Notes: generated by a model from the sequence alone, not told the origin. Shown: positions 13,125 through 26,049, numbered from the stretch's first letter. The stretch is DNA of 47,527 nucleotides from Octopus sinensis (GCF_006345805.1 NW_021834189.1:1-47527); one strand, 5' to 3'. A program made the numbers and translations.

Positions 13125-13899
13125 CTATATATATATATATATATATATATAAGAAAATGGAGAAACAAATTCATCTCGTTCATCAACTTACGGATATTAC
13201 AATTTTACATTATTTATTAATTATACAAATGAGAACATCAAAATCAAACAAAACATTATATAAATCAATAGGTAATATAATAATAAAAATAATACAAATA
13301 CATATTTTAATAGTCATATTATAAATTGTTGAAATTCATATATATATATATATATATAAGCACAGACACACACATACATACGCACACCAAAACATGCGCA
13401 CACATATGCACGCACACGCGCAAAAAGAAACTCACAACCCCACGGATGCACGCATATACATCCATTTACGCTTACACACACACACATACAAGCGCACACA
13501 TACACGTACACACAACTAGACGCACATACACACAAATGAACCCACACATTCATCCCATACGGTACACAACCATACATACACGCACACACATACATACACG
13601 CACACAATTATACATACGTATATATACACACACACGCACGTACAAGCACACACGCACACCTACACTAAGTTAAGCACAGTTTCTCGCCATACACACAAAA
13701 AAACGCACACGTACGCACACACATGCCACAACAAAACACACACACGATACATATACACGCACACACACATACCTCCCTGTTTCTGACCTGCCTTTCTGAC
13801 TTGCTAGGGTACCCCCACACCACCCCTTAATTCTACTACTGCCTGCTACTAGCCATTGTCCACCATACACACACACACACACACACACGCACACATACA

Positions 13900-14178
13900 C
13901 ACTTGTCATCTCGCACATCTTTTTTACCATTCCTTCTTCGATATAGCTCTCTTGTTTTTATAAACATTTTCCTCCATTTTTACCTCGTGAATACCACCGG
14001 CGATTTTTATTTTCCCCTGTCCTCCCGTCTCGGGATCTTTCCTTCTCCCATGTTTCCGACGAAGAGCTCCGCTCGAAATGTCAAACCCTCCTTCTTCCCT
14101 TCTTTCCTGAGCGTCCAATAATACTTTATTTGTTCCACATCCTTGCGTTGTTGTCTTTTTGTTTTCTTGTTTGGATTA

Positions 14179-14182
<4 letters not shown>
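13900..14182 (+). mobile_element. Probable Penelope-like terminal repeat ending in (TA)n
   Basis: Hammerhead-like motif at 14052-14086; homologous to 14792-14995 in opposite orientation. Confidence 0.6.
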
Positions 14183-14236
<54 letters not shown>

Positions 14237-14741
14237 AGGTTACTTTCAGTTTCTGTCTACCAAATCCACTCACAAGGACTTGGTCAGCCCAAAGCTTTAG
14301 TAGAAAATGCTTGCTCGAGGTACCATGCTATGGAACTAAACCCAGAACCATGTGGTTGGGAAACAAGCTTCTTACCACATAGTCACACCTGCTCCTATGT
14401 GTGCGCAACAAAAGGATATCTACAGAAAAGTTACAGACTGTTTGCTGACATAAAAGACGCACTTTTCTTTCTGAAACATAACTCAAAATAAGGGTGCTAT
14501 GTGCAAAGTTTGGCCTATATTACATGCTTTAATGCATCAAAATTCTTCTTTTTTTTTCTGAATATAGATGCAGGCACTGCTGTGCGGTAAGAAGCTTCCT
14601 TCCCAACTACATGGTTTTGGGTTCAGTCCCACTACATGGCACCTTGGGCAAGTGTTTTCTACTATAATCTCAGGCAAACCAAAGCCTTGTAAGTGGATTT
14701 GGTAGACAGAAACTGAAAGAAGCCTATCATATATATGTATG

Positions 14742-14791
<50 letters not shown>

Positions 14792-14792
<1 letters not shown>

Positions 14793-14995
14793 GTTAATCC
14801 AAACATGAAAGCACAAAAAAACACAACAACGTGAGGACATGGAACAAATATAGTATTATTGGACGCTCAGGAAAGAAGGAGGGTTTAACGTTTCAAGCGG
14901 AGCTCTTCATCGGAAACATAGGAGAAGGAAAGATCCAGAGAAGGGAAGACAGAGGAAAAAAAGTCGCCAACGGTACAGACGCGGTCACATTTTGA
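14792..14995 (-). mobile_element. Probable Penelope-like terminal repeat inserted in the internal (TA)n of a SINE
   Basis: Reverse complement of about 14000-14182; hammerhead-like motif at 14883-14917(-). Confidence 0.6.
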
Positions 14996-15127
14996 ATCAA
15001 TATATATATATCAATATATATATAATATATATATACTGAATCAATATATATCAATATATATATACTGAATCAATATATATATATTGAATCAATATATATA
15101 TAATATATATATACATACATATATATA

Positions 15128-15339
15128 CTACCCACAAGGGCTAAACACAGAGGGGACAAACAAGGACAGACAAAGGGATTTAGTCGATTACATCGATGCG
15201 TAACTGGTACTTGATTTATCGACCCCGAAAGGATGAAAGGCAAAGTCGACCTCGGCGGAATTTGAACTCAGAACGTAACGACAGACGAAATACGGCTACG
15301 CATTTCACCCGGCGTGCTAACGTTTCTGCCAGCTCGCCA
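15128..15339 (-). mobile_element. Meta-domain SINE nested within a SINE microsatellite
   Basis: Colinear with 10147-10382. Confidence 0.85.
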
Positions 15340-15589
15340 CACATACATATATATATGTGTGTGTGTCTTTGTGTCTGTACTTGTTCCCTTCCCCGACAAC
15401 TGCTTGACAACTGGTGTTGTTATGTTTACATCTCCATAACTTAGCAGTTTGGCAAAAGAGACCAATACAATAAGTAGTAGATTTTTTTTTAAATAAGTAC
15501 TGGACTTGATATATACAACTAAAATTTCTTCCGGATGGTGCCCCAGCATGACCACAGTCTAATAACTGAAACAAGTAAAAAAAATACAG

Positions 15590-15800
15590 GGCAGATATTG
15601 GGATGCGTTTAATATGCCCTTGCATCTTTTGTGCCATCAAATAAGGTAATTGGCCAGGTGAGTTATGGATGAGTATGTTGGAGTGAATTGTTTACAGCGT
15701 AAAGAGAATTTGGTTGTTATCTTTTTTATTATCTGCACAATTTGAAGGCCAGGAGATGTTTAACACTCTCTGAAGTCTCCCTGCTAATAATGTCTATGAG
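15590..15800 (-). pseudogene. Highly decayed RTE-like LINE C-terminal fragment
   Basis: LQRVLNISW and MQGHIKRIP peptides in typical RTE spacing. Confidence 0.4.
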
Positions 15801-16650
15801 AGAGGCAAAGTGCTTTCGTTGGAATGCATAATCTGAAGCAATGATTGGTAAAGTGGGTAATGGTGGTGATGGTGGTGAAGTTAATGGTGGGTGGTGATGG
15901 TGGTGGTGGTGGTGGCAGCAGTAGTGGTGATGGTCATGTTTTCGGTGGTAGTGTTGAAGTGGGTGGTGGTGGTGGTGATGTCAGTGGTAGCAGCTTCAGT
16001 GGTGTTGGTGATAGTGGTGATATATGGGTGATTGCAGCGGTGGTGGCTGTGATGATGGCAGGAGTAGCAGTGGTGGTAGCAGATGTTGTTGTTTTGTTGT
16101 TGTTGTTCAATAACAAACTGTTACATCAAAAACAACAAATTCCATAGAGATTTCCAAAATATATTAACTAATCAGTACAATGTTATTAACACTAATCACA
16201 TTTGTTGAACTTGAAGATTAGCCAGACGAGAATGTGTAAGATTAATCTGGTGACACACTAAAATATATAAGGAAGGAATAAAAACAAAGCGACAAAGGAG
16301 ATTGTGTTCACTATATAGTACGTGTGTATGAGTGTATGTATGTATGTATGTATGTATGTATGTATGTATGTATGTATGCATGTATGTATTATGTATGTAT
16401 GTATGTATATATGTATGTATGTATGTATCTATATAAATATATATACATACATATATATACACACATACACACATATACACACACACACGCACACACACAT
16501 ATAGGGAGAGAGAGTGAATGAGACCTACATATGTATATGCATACACACAAATGCACATGCACATATATATATTATACACACACACACATATGCATATATA
16601 CAAAAATTTATATATAGACAGACAGACAGATAGATAGATGCATACACATA

Positions 16651-16683
<33 letters not shown>

Positions 16684-17278
16684 AATACATACACACGCAC
16701 ATACATTTATGTGCATGTGTGGTGGGGGTGTATATTCTCTTTTGTAGATTTCACTTATTTCTAAATGAAATAATAAATTTATAAAAATTTATAAAAACAC
16801 ACATAAGGTAAAAACAAGCTATCATTATCCTTTGAAGAATAAGTGGTTAAACTGCTAAACTTCAAGAAGCTAGTTGCTAAAACAGCTCTTTCCTTCAAGC
16901 AACCAGCTTCGTTAACCAGGTGTACTCAATGTCTTGATTTATATATTACAAGCTGTAGAAACACATAGCCTTAGATGAAATATTTTTGATTGATGAGATT
17001 CCTTGTCTCATAACATTTGTAGGAATATAAGCCTTCAAAACTTAACGTTATAAGTTTCTCTGAGTATGATATTCAAAGTGAATGATTATTTTCAACTGAA
17101 TATTTGTTAGAACAACTGTCAGAACCAAATGTACTTTCTCAGAAGCCTGGATGAGTCAGGTTTCTGCAAAGAGGCCTGCAAAACTTAAAATCACATGGAA
17201 CCAAACCAAACTGCTTTAAATAATAATATATCTAATTCCCACTAAATGTGCTGAGTGCCTTTTTTTCATTTGTCCACT

Positions 17279-17332
<54 letters not shown>

Positions 17333-17333
<1 letters not shown>

Positions 17334-17544
17334 TTTATTTAAAAGCAGAAGAAATTTTAACAAAAACTGTTACTTGGAGTTTCACGTTCCCGTTCGTCGG
17401 ACAGTTTTGTGTCACGGGAATGTGAAACTCCAAGTAACAGCTTTTGTTAAAATTTCTCCTGCTTTTAAATAAAGCATATTACTCTACCTTTGGTATTTGA
17501 GTACTCTTTTTTCCACCTTGTTTCACATTTATGTGTTTACTTCG

Positions 17545-17545
<1 letters not shown>
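17333..17545. mobile_element. Penelope-like inverted terminal structure in a (TA)n tract
   Basis: 61-bp inverted arms (17333-17393 and 17414-17474, 3 mismatches), flanked by TA repeats, containing a hammerhead-like motif on the minus strand. Confidence 0.65.
17363..17408 (-). ncRNA. Candidate type I hammerhead ribozyme with variant core
   Basis: Minus strand reads AAAACUGU-CCGACGA-ACG(GGAA)CGU-GAAA-CUCCAAG-UA-ACAGUUUU: 8-bp stem I, 3-bp stem II, GAAA, weak stem III, GUA triplet. Core is CCGA instead of CUGA. Confidence 0.5.
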
Positions 17546-17601
<56 letters not shown>

Positions 17602-18508
17602 TATGTGTATGTATGTATGTACATATGTAAGTATATGTGTGTGTATGTATGTATGTATTTATGTATGTATGGGAAAATTCCCTATGCTACAGGAGAAAGA
17701 CATTGCAGAAGATTTCATCGTAATGCCAAGTCCTGTAGTACAAAATTTTGTCATTGGTTTTCATATTATAAAGTGAGAATGCATTCCAATAGATTTAAAA
17801 AATTTTTTTCAAATATCAACAGCAGCAAAAACAAGCAACAGAATAACTTTTATAAATGAAAATACAATTTCTTAACACAAATAGTATGATATTTATTCGT
17901 AAATACATTTGAGTGGAAAACATTAGGGAATTGATAAGATTGGGAATTTTGTGATAAGGTATGTTCTAAGCATAAAAGATGTTGACTTCTGTGTGAGTGA
18001 TGGGTCATGGTGGGATGGGAGTTGCTGAGGGGATGAGGAACACTATTGTCTATCTCCTACTTCATGATCATCAATATCTGTTTGACAGGGAAAAAACTTA
18101 ACCAAAATTATGTTGTGTCTGAGTAGAGTCATATTGTCTTAATGCTTAATTATCTAACACACTTCAAAAATTCAAATGGAAATTGCAGTTAAGACACCCA
18201 TGCTGGTGATACGTAAAAAGCACCGTCCGAACGTGACAGATGCCAGCACCCCCTGACTGGCGTCCTTGTTGGTGGCACGTAAAAGCACCAACCAATTGTG
18301 GCTGTTTGCCAGCTTGCTCTGGCCCCTGTGCCGGTGGCACGTAAAAAAACACCCACTACACTCACGGAGTGGTTGGCGTTAGGAAGGGCATCCAGCTGTA
18401 GAAACACTGCGAAATCAGACTGGAGCCTGGTGCAGCCTCTGTGGCTTACCAGACCCCAGTCGAACCGTCCAACCCATGCTAGCGTGGAAAACGGACATTA
18501 AATGATGG

Positions 18509-18544
<36 letters not shown>

Positions 18545-18779
18545 CTTACCAGTACAAGTCAACATCCTTTAACAAGGCTGCAAAAGCAATGAAAATTTTG
18601 GAAGAAAAAATATAGATAATAAATGAGTGGAAATCCAACCAGTGAGTGTGTTAGATAGTAAGGCATTAAGACAATATGATTCTCCCCATATACAACATAA
18701 TTTGCTTCAACACACAAGTTCACATAAAGAATCTTGCTAACCAGATACAAAAATGTATACTTCAGTTGTAATTTTTGTT

Positions 18780-20250
18780 ACATTTATGATTAGAGCTGTT
18801 ATAAACCTGCAGACCTTTTTTCTATAAGTGCAAGCTCTTTAGCAACAATTTTTGTTGTCAATTTAAGTGGAGTTGGTAAAACTTCTATATTCTCATCTGT
18901 ATCAGCAGCTTGCACTTGTTCTAACAATGTCAGCTCCTTGTCAGAGAAACTTTCTCAATGAGACACTAGAAACTCGATAACATTGTCCTCTATAACTTCT
19001 TCAAAGCCTACTTTATTTGCAAGAGTCACAATATCTTTCCAAATTGGATATTGTTCTTCTATTTGTGCAAAAACTTCTAAAGTCAGTTTTACTGTCTGGT
19101 CATGTATCTTTCCAAGCACCATTCACAGTCGAGGGTTTCACTTCACTCCATGTCCTAGCTATGTTATCCACAACATTCATTATGCTGAACTAGAAATCTC
19201 TAACTGTCAGTTTATTCTTCCAGTCAATTACATTTGTAACTTGATAGTAAATTCTCAGATAATATGCCTTGAAGTTAGCTATCAAACCATGATCCATTGG
19301 CTGGAGCAAAGAAGTTGCATTCTTCAGGATATACTCTCACACTATCAGAAAGCTCTTCTAAGTTCAGTGGGTAACTTGGTGCATTGTCTAAAAGAAGTAA
19401 AGCTTTGTTGGAAATATTATGTCTGGCATTCTACATTACTGTAGCAGGAGAAAAAGAATGTTTGTAAACCACTCTTTCAAACGACTTTTGGTCATCCATG
19501 CTTTGTTATTTGAATTGCAAATCACCATTCTGGAGTGATCCACAAGCATGGACATTAATTTCATATCACCAGTAGAATTTCTTCCTAGAAGATTTTTGGA
19601 AGCTTTAAACTCTGGTGTTGATATTTCCTCATGAGAAATAAAAGTTCTAGCTGGCATGTGCTCTGAAGAATGTGCAGTTTCATCAACATTGTATTGCCTC
19701 TTTTAGTCATCTTTTTTTCAGTCGCTCAGGATAATTAGGTGCAGTCTCTATTGCTGTTGAGCGAACGGTCTTCGTCCCAGAGCTCACAAGATGGGAGAAG
19801 TCCGAAATGTGGTGCTTTGCTATTCGTAAGACCAGCAGAAGAGAAAGCGGGTCAACCCCCGACACCGAGAGCATCGACGGATGGATGATTGCGCATCCAG
19901 GCTTAGCGGTTGCGTAGGACGTCGGGGACAAGAAACAGGAAGAAAGAGTGAGAGAAAGTTGGAGCGAAAGAGTACAACAAGGGTTGCCACCCCCACCTGC
20001 CAGAGCCTCGTGGAGCTTTAGGTGTTTTCGCTCAATAAACACACACAACGCCCGGTCTGGGAATCGAAACCGCGATCCTCCGACCGCGACTCCGCTGCCC
20101 TAACCTTTGGGCCATTGCGCCTCCGCTGCAGTCTCTGTATTAGCACAAGCAGCTTCACCAGTAATTTTTATGTCATGCAAATTCTAGCATTTCTTAAACT
20201 TGTCAAACCCATCTTTACTAGCCAGAGAAGGTTTTTCATAAAACTTTTGG
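18780..20250 (-). pseudogene. Tigger/pogo (TIGD1-like, DDE_1) transposase pseudogene, split by a SINE
   Basis: ASKDGFDKFK..LHDIKITGEAACAN (about 20130-20225), NVDETA, MPARTFISHEE..FKASK, NNKAWMT and SLLQPMD, with multiple disablements. Confidence 0.85.
19750..20126 (-). mobile_element. Full-length tRNA-derived SINE with 10-bp TSD
   Basis: Head GGAGGCGCAATGGCCC...GGTTTCGATTCCC; TSD TGCAGTCTCT at 19740-19749 and 20127-20136; truncated relative at about 27543-27722(+). Confidence 0.9.
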
Positions 20251-20767
20251 GTATATATATGTATATGTATATGTATATATATATTTCAAAATACAAATAA
20301 ACAAACTTAAACGAACTTTCAGAAATCTTATGTAAAATACTTATAGAAATAATCAATTCGTAGTAATATAGTATCGAATAAATACTATAAATACTATAAA
20401 TATAATTATCAATGGGAATAACTAGCGAATATCAATTTAAAGAAATAACTAAGTTATGCTATTAAATTAGACATGGCCTGGACCAATCTTTAGTCGAAAC
20501 ATATCTAAGTTTATCAAAGTTTATCTAATTTAATTATAAATTTAAAACTACAATTAATACTATTAAAACATGTATATACAAAAGCCTAACTTTATACACC
20601 TCATATGCTTGCTATCAAATAACAAATCTATCGCTAAGAAGTATCTTACGAATAAACTTAAATTTAATATCTAATAATATAGAAAATTACGATAATTAGA
20701 TCATTACATAAACAACGATATTTACATAAGGAAAATATTATTACACCAAAGACTTATACAATATTAA

Positions 20768-21200
20768 AATTTACAATTTGAAGATCTTAAATATAAATAA
20801 ATACTTATCTTTAAATATGAAAAATTAATTTATTAGGTTTTTATTATATGTGCATATACAATTATTTATAGAGATTATTTTAGATCTTAATATTTATATA
20901 CATTTATATATTTTCATTGATAATTTATATATATTAGTCATTTTTAAATATTTATGTAATTAGATATAGACTAATACTGATATTAGATTATTGGTGGGTT
21001 TCCTACCTTATAAATTAAAATGAATATTTAACATTATAGTAGATTTTGATATAATCATAATTGTTAAGTTTTATGTTTCTAGTTTGATAATAGAGTTTAT
21101 TATAAGTAAAATTTTAATATTATTTATATCTTAAAAGTTCATTGCTAAACCTCGCTAAGATAAGTATTTATTTATATTTAAGATCTTCAAATTGTAAATT
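20768..21200. repeat. Perfect 44-bp inverted repeat (20768-20811 and 21157-21200) in a very AT-rich segment
   Basis: AATTTACAATTTGAAGATCTTAAATATAAATAAATACTTATCTT and its exact reverse complement. Confidence 0.85.
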
Positions 21201-22109
21201 AATAATTGTAATTTGAAGTTGTGTGATTAGTAGTAAGAAAGATGTCCAAATTTCTGTAAAAATTATTGTGCAAAATATTTTGTAAAAAAGTATTTTTTTG
21301 CACCACAGCAAAACATGCACACGCATGCAGAGAGGTGCGTCTGTGGTAACTTGAGCTACTAGAAATAGCAGCCAAATCTCTCTTAAAACACACCCTTTCA
21401 ACAATAGAATGACGTAGATTTACAATATTTGAAGAAGAAAAAAACTATGCGATGGGCTACTCTGGGCTAAACAAAGCACACCCATACTTCACATTAAAAG
21501 ATTATCTACTAAATAATACTAATAAATTTGATGGTATATTTTCAAAGTTTCATTTCCTGGTAAAACTCCATGTAATTTAAGCATTTTTATCATTGTGCTC
21601 TATGTAAGATATAAAGGCTGTTTAGGCAGAGTTGTCTCCCTTAGCTAAAGACCTCAAAATCGTGCGACTCAACCTTATTTTCGAGGTTATTTTTGTAGTA
21701 AAAAAGAGCTGTGCGAAAGACATACTTTATTTGGTAACCGAAAGATTTCTGAATCTTTTGACACCTCATATGTCGAAATCAGCATCTCAGTTTTTGAATC
21801 CATAAAGAACATACACAAACTTTGTTTTATATATTAATATATATATACAAATATACACACACACACATATATATATGTATCTTTATACACACATGTATGT
21901 TTATATATAAATATAAATGAGAGAGAGAGTGAGAGTGAGGGAATGAGAGTGGAAGCGAGGGTGTGAAGGCATTGAGTAAGGGGTGGGGCTGAGGCGGTGG
22001 CATGGGGTGTGGACGTTGTTTGCTGTTAGAGATAGATTTGGTGAACAAGGTCACATTGTGGAAAAAAAACGAAAAAAGACATGTTTAATATGTGATGAGA
22101 ATGTTGGGA

Positions 22110-22162
22110 TGGTAATTACGATGATGATGATGATGACGATGATGATGATATTAATGATGACA

Positions 22163-22195
<33 letters not shown>

Positions 22196-22440
22196 GTGAT
22201 GATGGTAATGATAATGGTGTTGATGATGACGACGATGATGATGGTGATGGTGGTGATGACGATGATGATGGTGATGGTGGTGATGAGGATGAATTATGAT
22301 GATGCTCATCGTCATCATGATCATGATGATGATAATGTTGGTGGTGGTGACAATGATGATGATGAGGATGATGACGATGATGACGACGACGACGACGACG
22401 ATGATGATGATCATGATGATCATGATGATCATGACGGTGA
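22110..22440. repeat. Degenerate (GAT/GAC/GGT)n trinucleotide tract
   Basis: Visible repeat; accounts for the poly-M/D/H ORFs. Confidence 0.9.
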
Positions 22441-22647
22441 CAGATGCAGATATGGTTGTGTGCTTAAGGAGTTTGTTTTCCAACCATGTGGTTCCAGGTT
22501 CCATCTCACTCCATGGCACCTTGGCCAAGTGTCTTCTACTACAGCTCCAGGCTGACCAAAAGGCTAGTGAGTGGATGCAGTAGATGGAAACTGAAAGAAG
22601 CCTATCATATATACATGAACATATGTATAACGTATGTATATGTATAA

Positions 22648-22729
<82 letters not shown>

Positions 22730-24411
22730 ATATATATATACTAACTGATAAGCCCAGTTTCACCCAGTAAGTTTGGATGATGTGACTGTAAAACCTGCTC
22801 TGTGTAAGCATTCAACTTGTTTGGGTACGCTTACATTAAAAAACAATTTTAGAATGACTTTTTTCTGTCAAAACACTAAAAATAACTGTCCAACAAAATA
22901 GACCAACCAAGATTCAACCAAATCAAAAAATAAACCCAAATACTAAGGGAACAAAGATAAACCATCCCACCTCCATTGTGCATGCACATGTACACACACA
23001 CACGCATGCACGCACACACACATTCACATAACCCTCCCCCCTTTTACATACACACATATATTCACACAGAGTTGAAATGCTGTTTGATTTATTTTTTTCA
23101 GCATACAATTTTCATCATCCCACTACTAAGTATGACATCACCCCTTCCTTCCTTATTCATCTATCACCCCTTCCTTTATCATTCATAAACACAAGAGTAT
23201 TATCACAGTAGAGTATCATTATCTCAGTAACCATTGGATCTATGAGAAAAATACAAAGTTCAGCATCACCACTGGATCATTCTACGCATCTGTGTAATTT
23301 TTCACGCAATTCCACCCAGCCGTTTGACCATGAATCCCAAGACAAGAAAGAATTGCCCATGTCAAATTTATATATATAGATATATGTATGTCAGCCACCC
23401 TTCAATCATTTGGCAATATGCTGTGATTGTGAAGACCTGTTGAACTGAGGGAAATCATAGTCATGGCCAATGCCAGTGCTGTCTGACTGGCACCTATGCT
23501 GGTGGCACGTAAAAGCACCATTCAAGCATTGGGCCCCAGTGACAGGTGACCAAGACCCTTCGCGATATACTGTGCTTGTGTTAACCTGTCAAGCCAAGTG
23601 AGACCGTAGTCATGGCCAATCCTGGTATCAGGTCAATGGCACCCATGGTTGGCATTTGGAAGGGCATCAAGCTGTAGAAACCTTGCCAAATCAGATCGGA
23701 ACCTGGTGCAGCCCCTTGGCTTACCAATTTTCTGTCAAACTGTCCATCTCATGCCAGCATGGAAAAATGAACATTAAACAATGATGATGATGAGGATGAT
23801 GATGTGTATATGTGTAGTGTATATGTGTGTGTACGAGTGTGTATTTGAGTCTCTTTATTGTAACATCATCTGATAGTTGTAAACGAGTATCATTGTCATA
23901 CAAGCAGTGTCATTCCTTTTCAATGCCTGGCTAAAGGGAAATATTACCTTACTTAGGAACAGATAAAAGCTAGTGACAGGAAGGGCATCCAACTATAGAA
24001 AATCTGCCCTGACAAATTCCATCTTGACCATGCAAGCATTAAAAGGTGGACATTTAATGATGATGAAGAAGATAAATAATAAGCTATAATCCATCTATTT
24101 ATACTAAAATTCAAAGTTTGTTTTCTTATTATTTGATTAAGATGACGAAGATTACAAATGAAATAGTCATTTGCCCCCATTAAGAAAAAAAATCAAGTTG
24201 AAAATGTCAACACTTCAAAGGTTTGTGTCAGCTACCACCAGCCATCCTTTTTCTTACTTTTTTTTTCCTTCCCTTAATCATTTATACAACTTTCAGAGTC
24301 CCATAAACTTGAAAGATAGAAATTCTCCCTGTATTTTAATGAGATATTTTTGAATTATGGGTACTTGATTTTTTTTTTTCTTAAAGGGGAAAATTACTAT
24401 TTTATTTAAAA

Positions 24412-25106
24412 CTAGCAGTATCGCCCGGCATTGCTCGGGTTTGTAAGGGAAATAACTATATAAGCATTTTTAGAGATGCAAAGTATAATAGCCATCTCAA
24501 TATGGCTAACCACAAAGGGGGAGGGGTGTTACTGTAGCTTTTTACGTTCTGAGATTTAATAATACATTTTTAGAGAGTTACTTCCCTTATATAATAGCAA
24601 AAAATGGATTAAAAATGGGAAAAAATTATGGTAAATTTTTTTTTAAATCGTAGACTCATCGTAGACGCGCACTAATACCCAGAAGGGCTCGATATGAATC
24701 ACGACTATAAGATACCCGCTTTTGGTTACACTGCACCGCAAAATGTGGGAGTAGTTAGGAATCTAAATCGTAGGAGACAGACACACAACTTCACTTTTAT
24801 ATATAAAGACTAGCAGTATCACCCGGCATTGCTCGGGTTTGTAAGGGAAATAACTATATAAGCATTTTTAGAGAGTTATAGCCAAAAAATAGCAAAAAAA
24901 TGCATTAAAAATGGAAAAAAAATTATGGTAAATTTTTTCTTAAATCGTAGACTCATTGTAGACGCGCGCTAATACCCAGAAGGGCTCGATATGAATGACG
25001 ACTATAAGATACCCGCTTTTGGTTAAACTGCACCGCAAAATGTGGGAGTAGTTAGGAATCTAAATCGTAGGAGACAGACACACAACTTCACTTTTATATA
25101 TATAGA
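24412..25106 (-). mobile_element. Head-to-tail dimer of a non-autonomous Helitron (24412-24809 and 24810-25106)
   Basis: Each unit on the minus strand starts TC(T)TATATATAAAAGTG and ends with hairpin CCCGAGCAATGCCGGG followed by CTAG; the units join as CTAG|TC with no spacer. Confidence 0.85.
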
Positions 25107-25107
25107 A

Positions 25108-25868
25108 GAGCTATCTCTTTATAGACGAAGTTCAGTTGCAATTGGAGGAGGTGAATCTCATAAGAATGGGGAACACAAACAACAACAAATAGATTGTACG
25201 TTATATATTTCTTTACTACCCACAAGGGGTTAAACACAGAGGGAACAAACAAGGGCAGACAAACGGATTAAGCCGATTACATCGACCCCAGTGCATAATT
25301 GGTACTTAATTTATCGACCCCGAAAGGATGAAAGGCAAAGTCGACATCGGCGGAATTTGAACTCAGAACGTAACGGCAGACGAAATACCTATTTCTTTAC
25401 TACCCACAAGGGATTAAACAAGGACAGACAAACGGATTAAGCCGATTACATCGACCCCAGTGCGTAACTGGTACTTAATTTATCGACCCCGAAAGGATGA
25501 AAGGCAAAGTCGACCTCGGTGGAATTTGAACTCAGAACGTAACGGTAGACGAAATAGAGCTACGCATTTTGCTTGGCGTGCTAATGTTTCTGCCAGCTCG
25601 CCACCTAATAGATTGTACGTGATAATGAAACTCTTTTAAAAGTAGTGAAATGCCACAGCAACATTGAAATCGTTGCCTCGATGAGGTCAGTTAAGCACAT
25701 CACAAAGTACACACTGAAAGGAAATGACTAAGCTACCATTCAAATAAACAATGATAATGAAGTTAGTCAATATCTAATGGGTAGGTGTACTGGACCATCT
25801 GAAGTGGTTGCATCCATTTTAGGATTTTCAATTCATGAAAGAGCACCTGCAATAGGGAGACTGCAACA
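25108..25868 (+). pseudogene. Helitron Rep-domain fragment interrupted by a SINE
   Basis: LYRRSS..GG, NK*IVRDNETLLKVVKCHSNIE, SVKHITKYTLKGND and EVSQYLMGR..GPSEVVASILGFSIHER match the Helitron Rep region (HINVE, KYxxKG, ExxWRI..F.IHER). Confidence 0.8.
25202..25606 (-). mobile_element. Meta-domain SINE with tandemly repeated body inside one 14-bp TSD
   Basis: Head-bearing unit at about 25391-25606 plus head-less unit at about 25207-25390; TSD AATAGATTGTACGT at 25188-25201 and 25607-25620. Confidence 0.85.
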
Positions 25869-25947
25869 TATCAGAACAATACAGTTTTATATTTAAGAGA
25901 TGAGGAATTATGTACATTATTTACATTGTTTACGCTTATACCTATGA

Positions 25948-26020
25948 GTATATGGCATAGTGGTTAAGAGTGCAGGCTACTAACCCCAAAATTCCGAGTT
26001 CGATTCCAGGCAATGACCTG
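25948..26020 (+). mobile_element. tRNA-like SINE head followed by (AAT)n
   Basis: A box TGGCATAGTGG and B box GTTCGATTCC; no convincing acceptor stem. Confidence 0.5.
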
Positions 26021-26049
26021 AATAATAATAATAATAATTTTTTTTTTTA

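Noticed and set aside
16740-17240. Host exon in non-repetitive-looking sequence
   Set aside because: Candidate splice acceptors are followed by early stops in the frames I read, with no recognisable peptide; short exons cannot be excluded.
25948-26020. Functional tRNA gene
   Set aside because: A and B boxes are present but I could not form a proper acceptor stem; it is followed by (AAT)n like a SINE.
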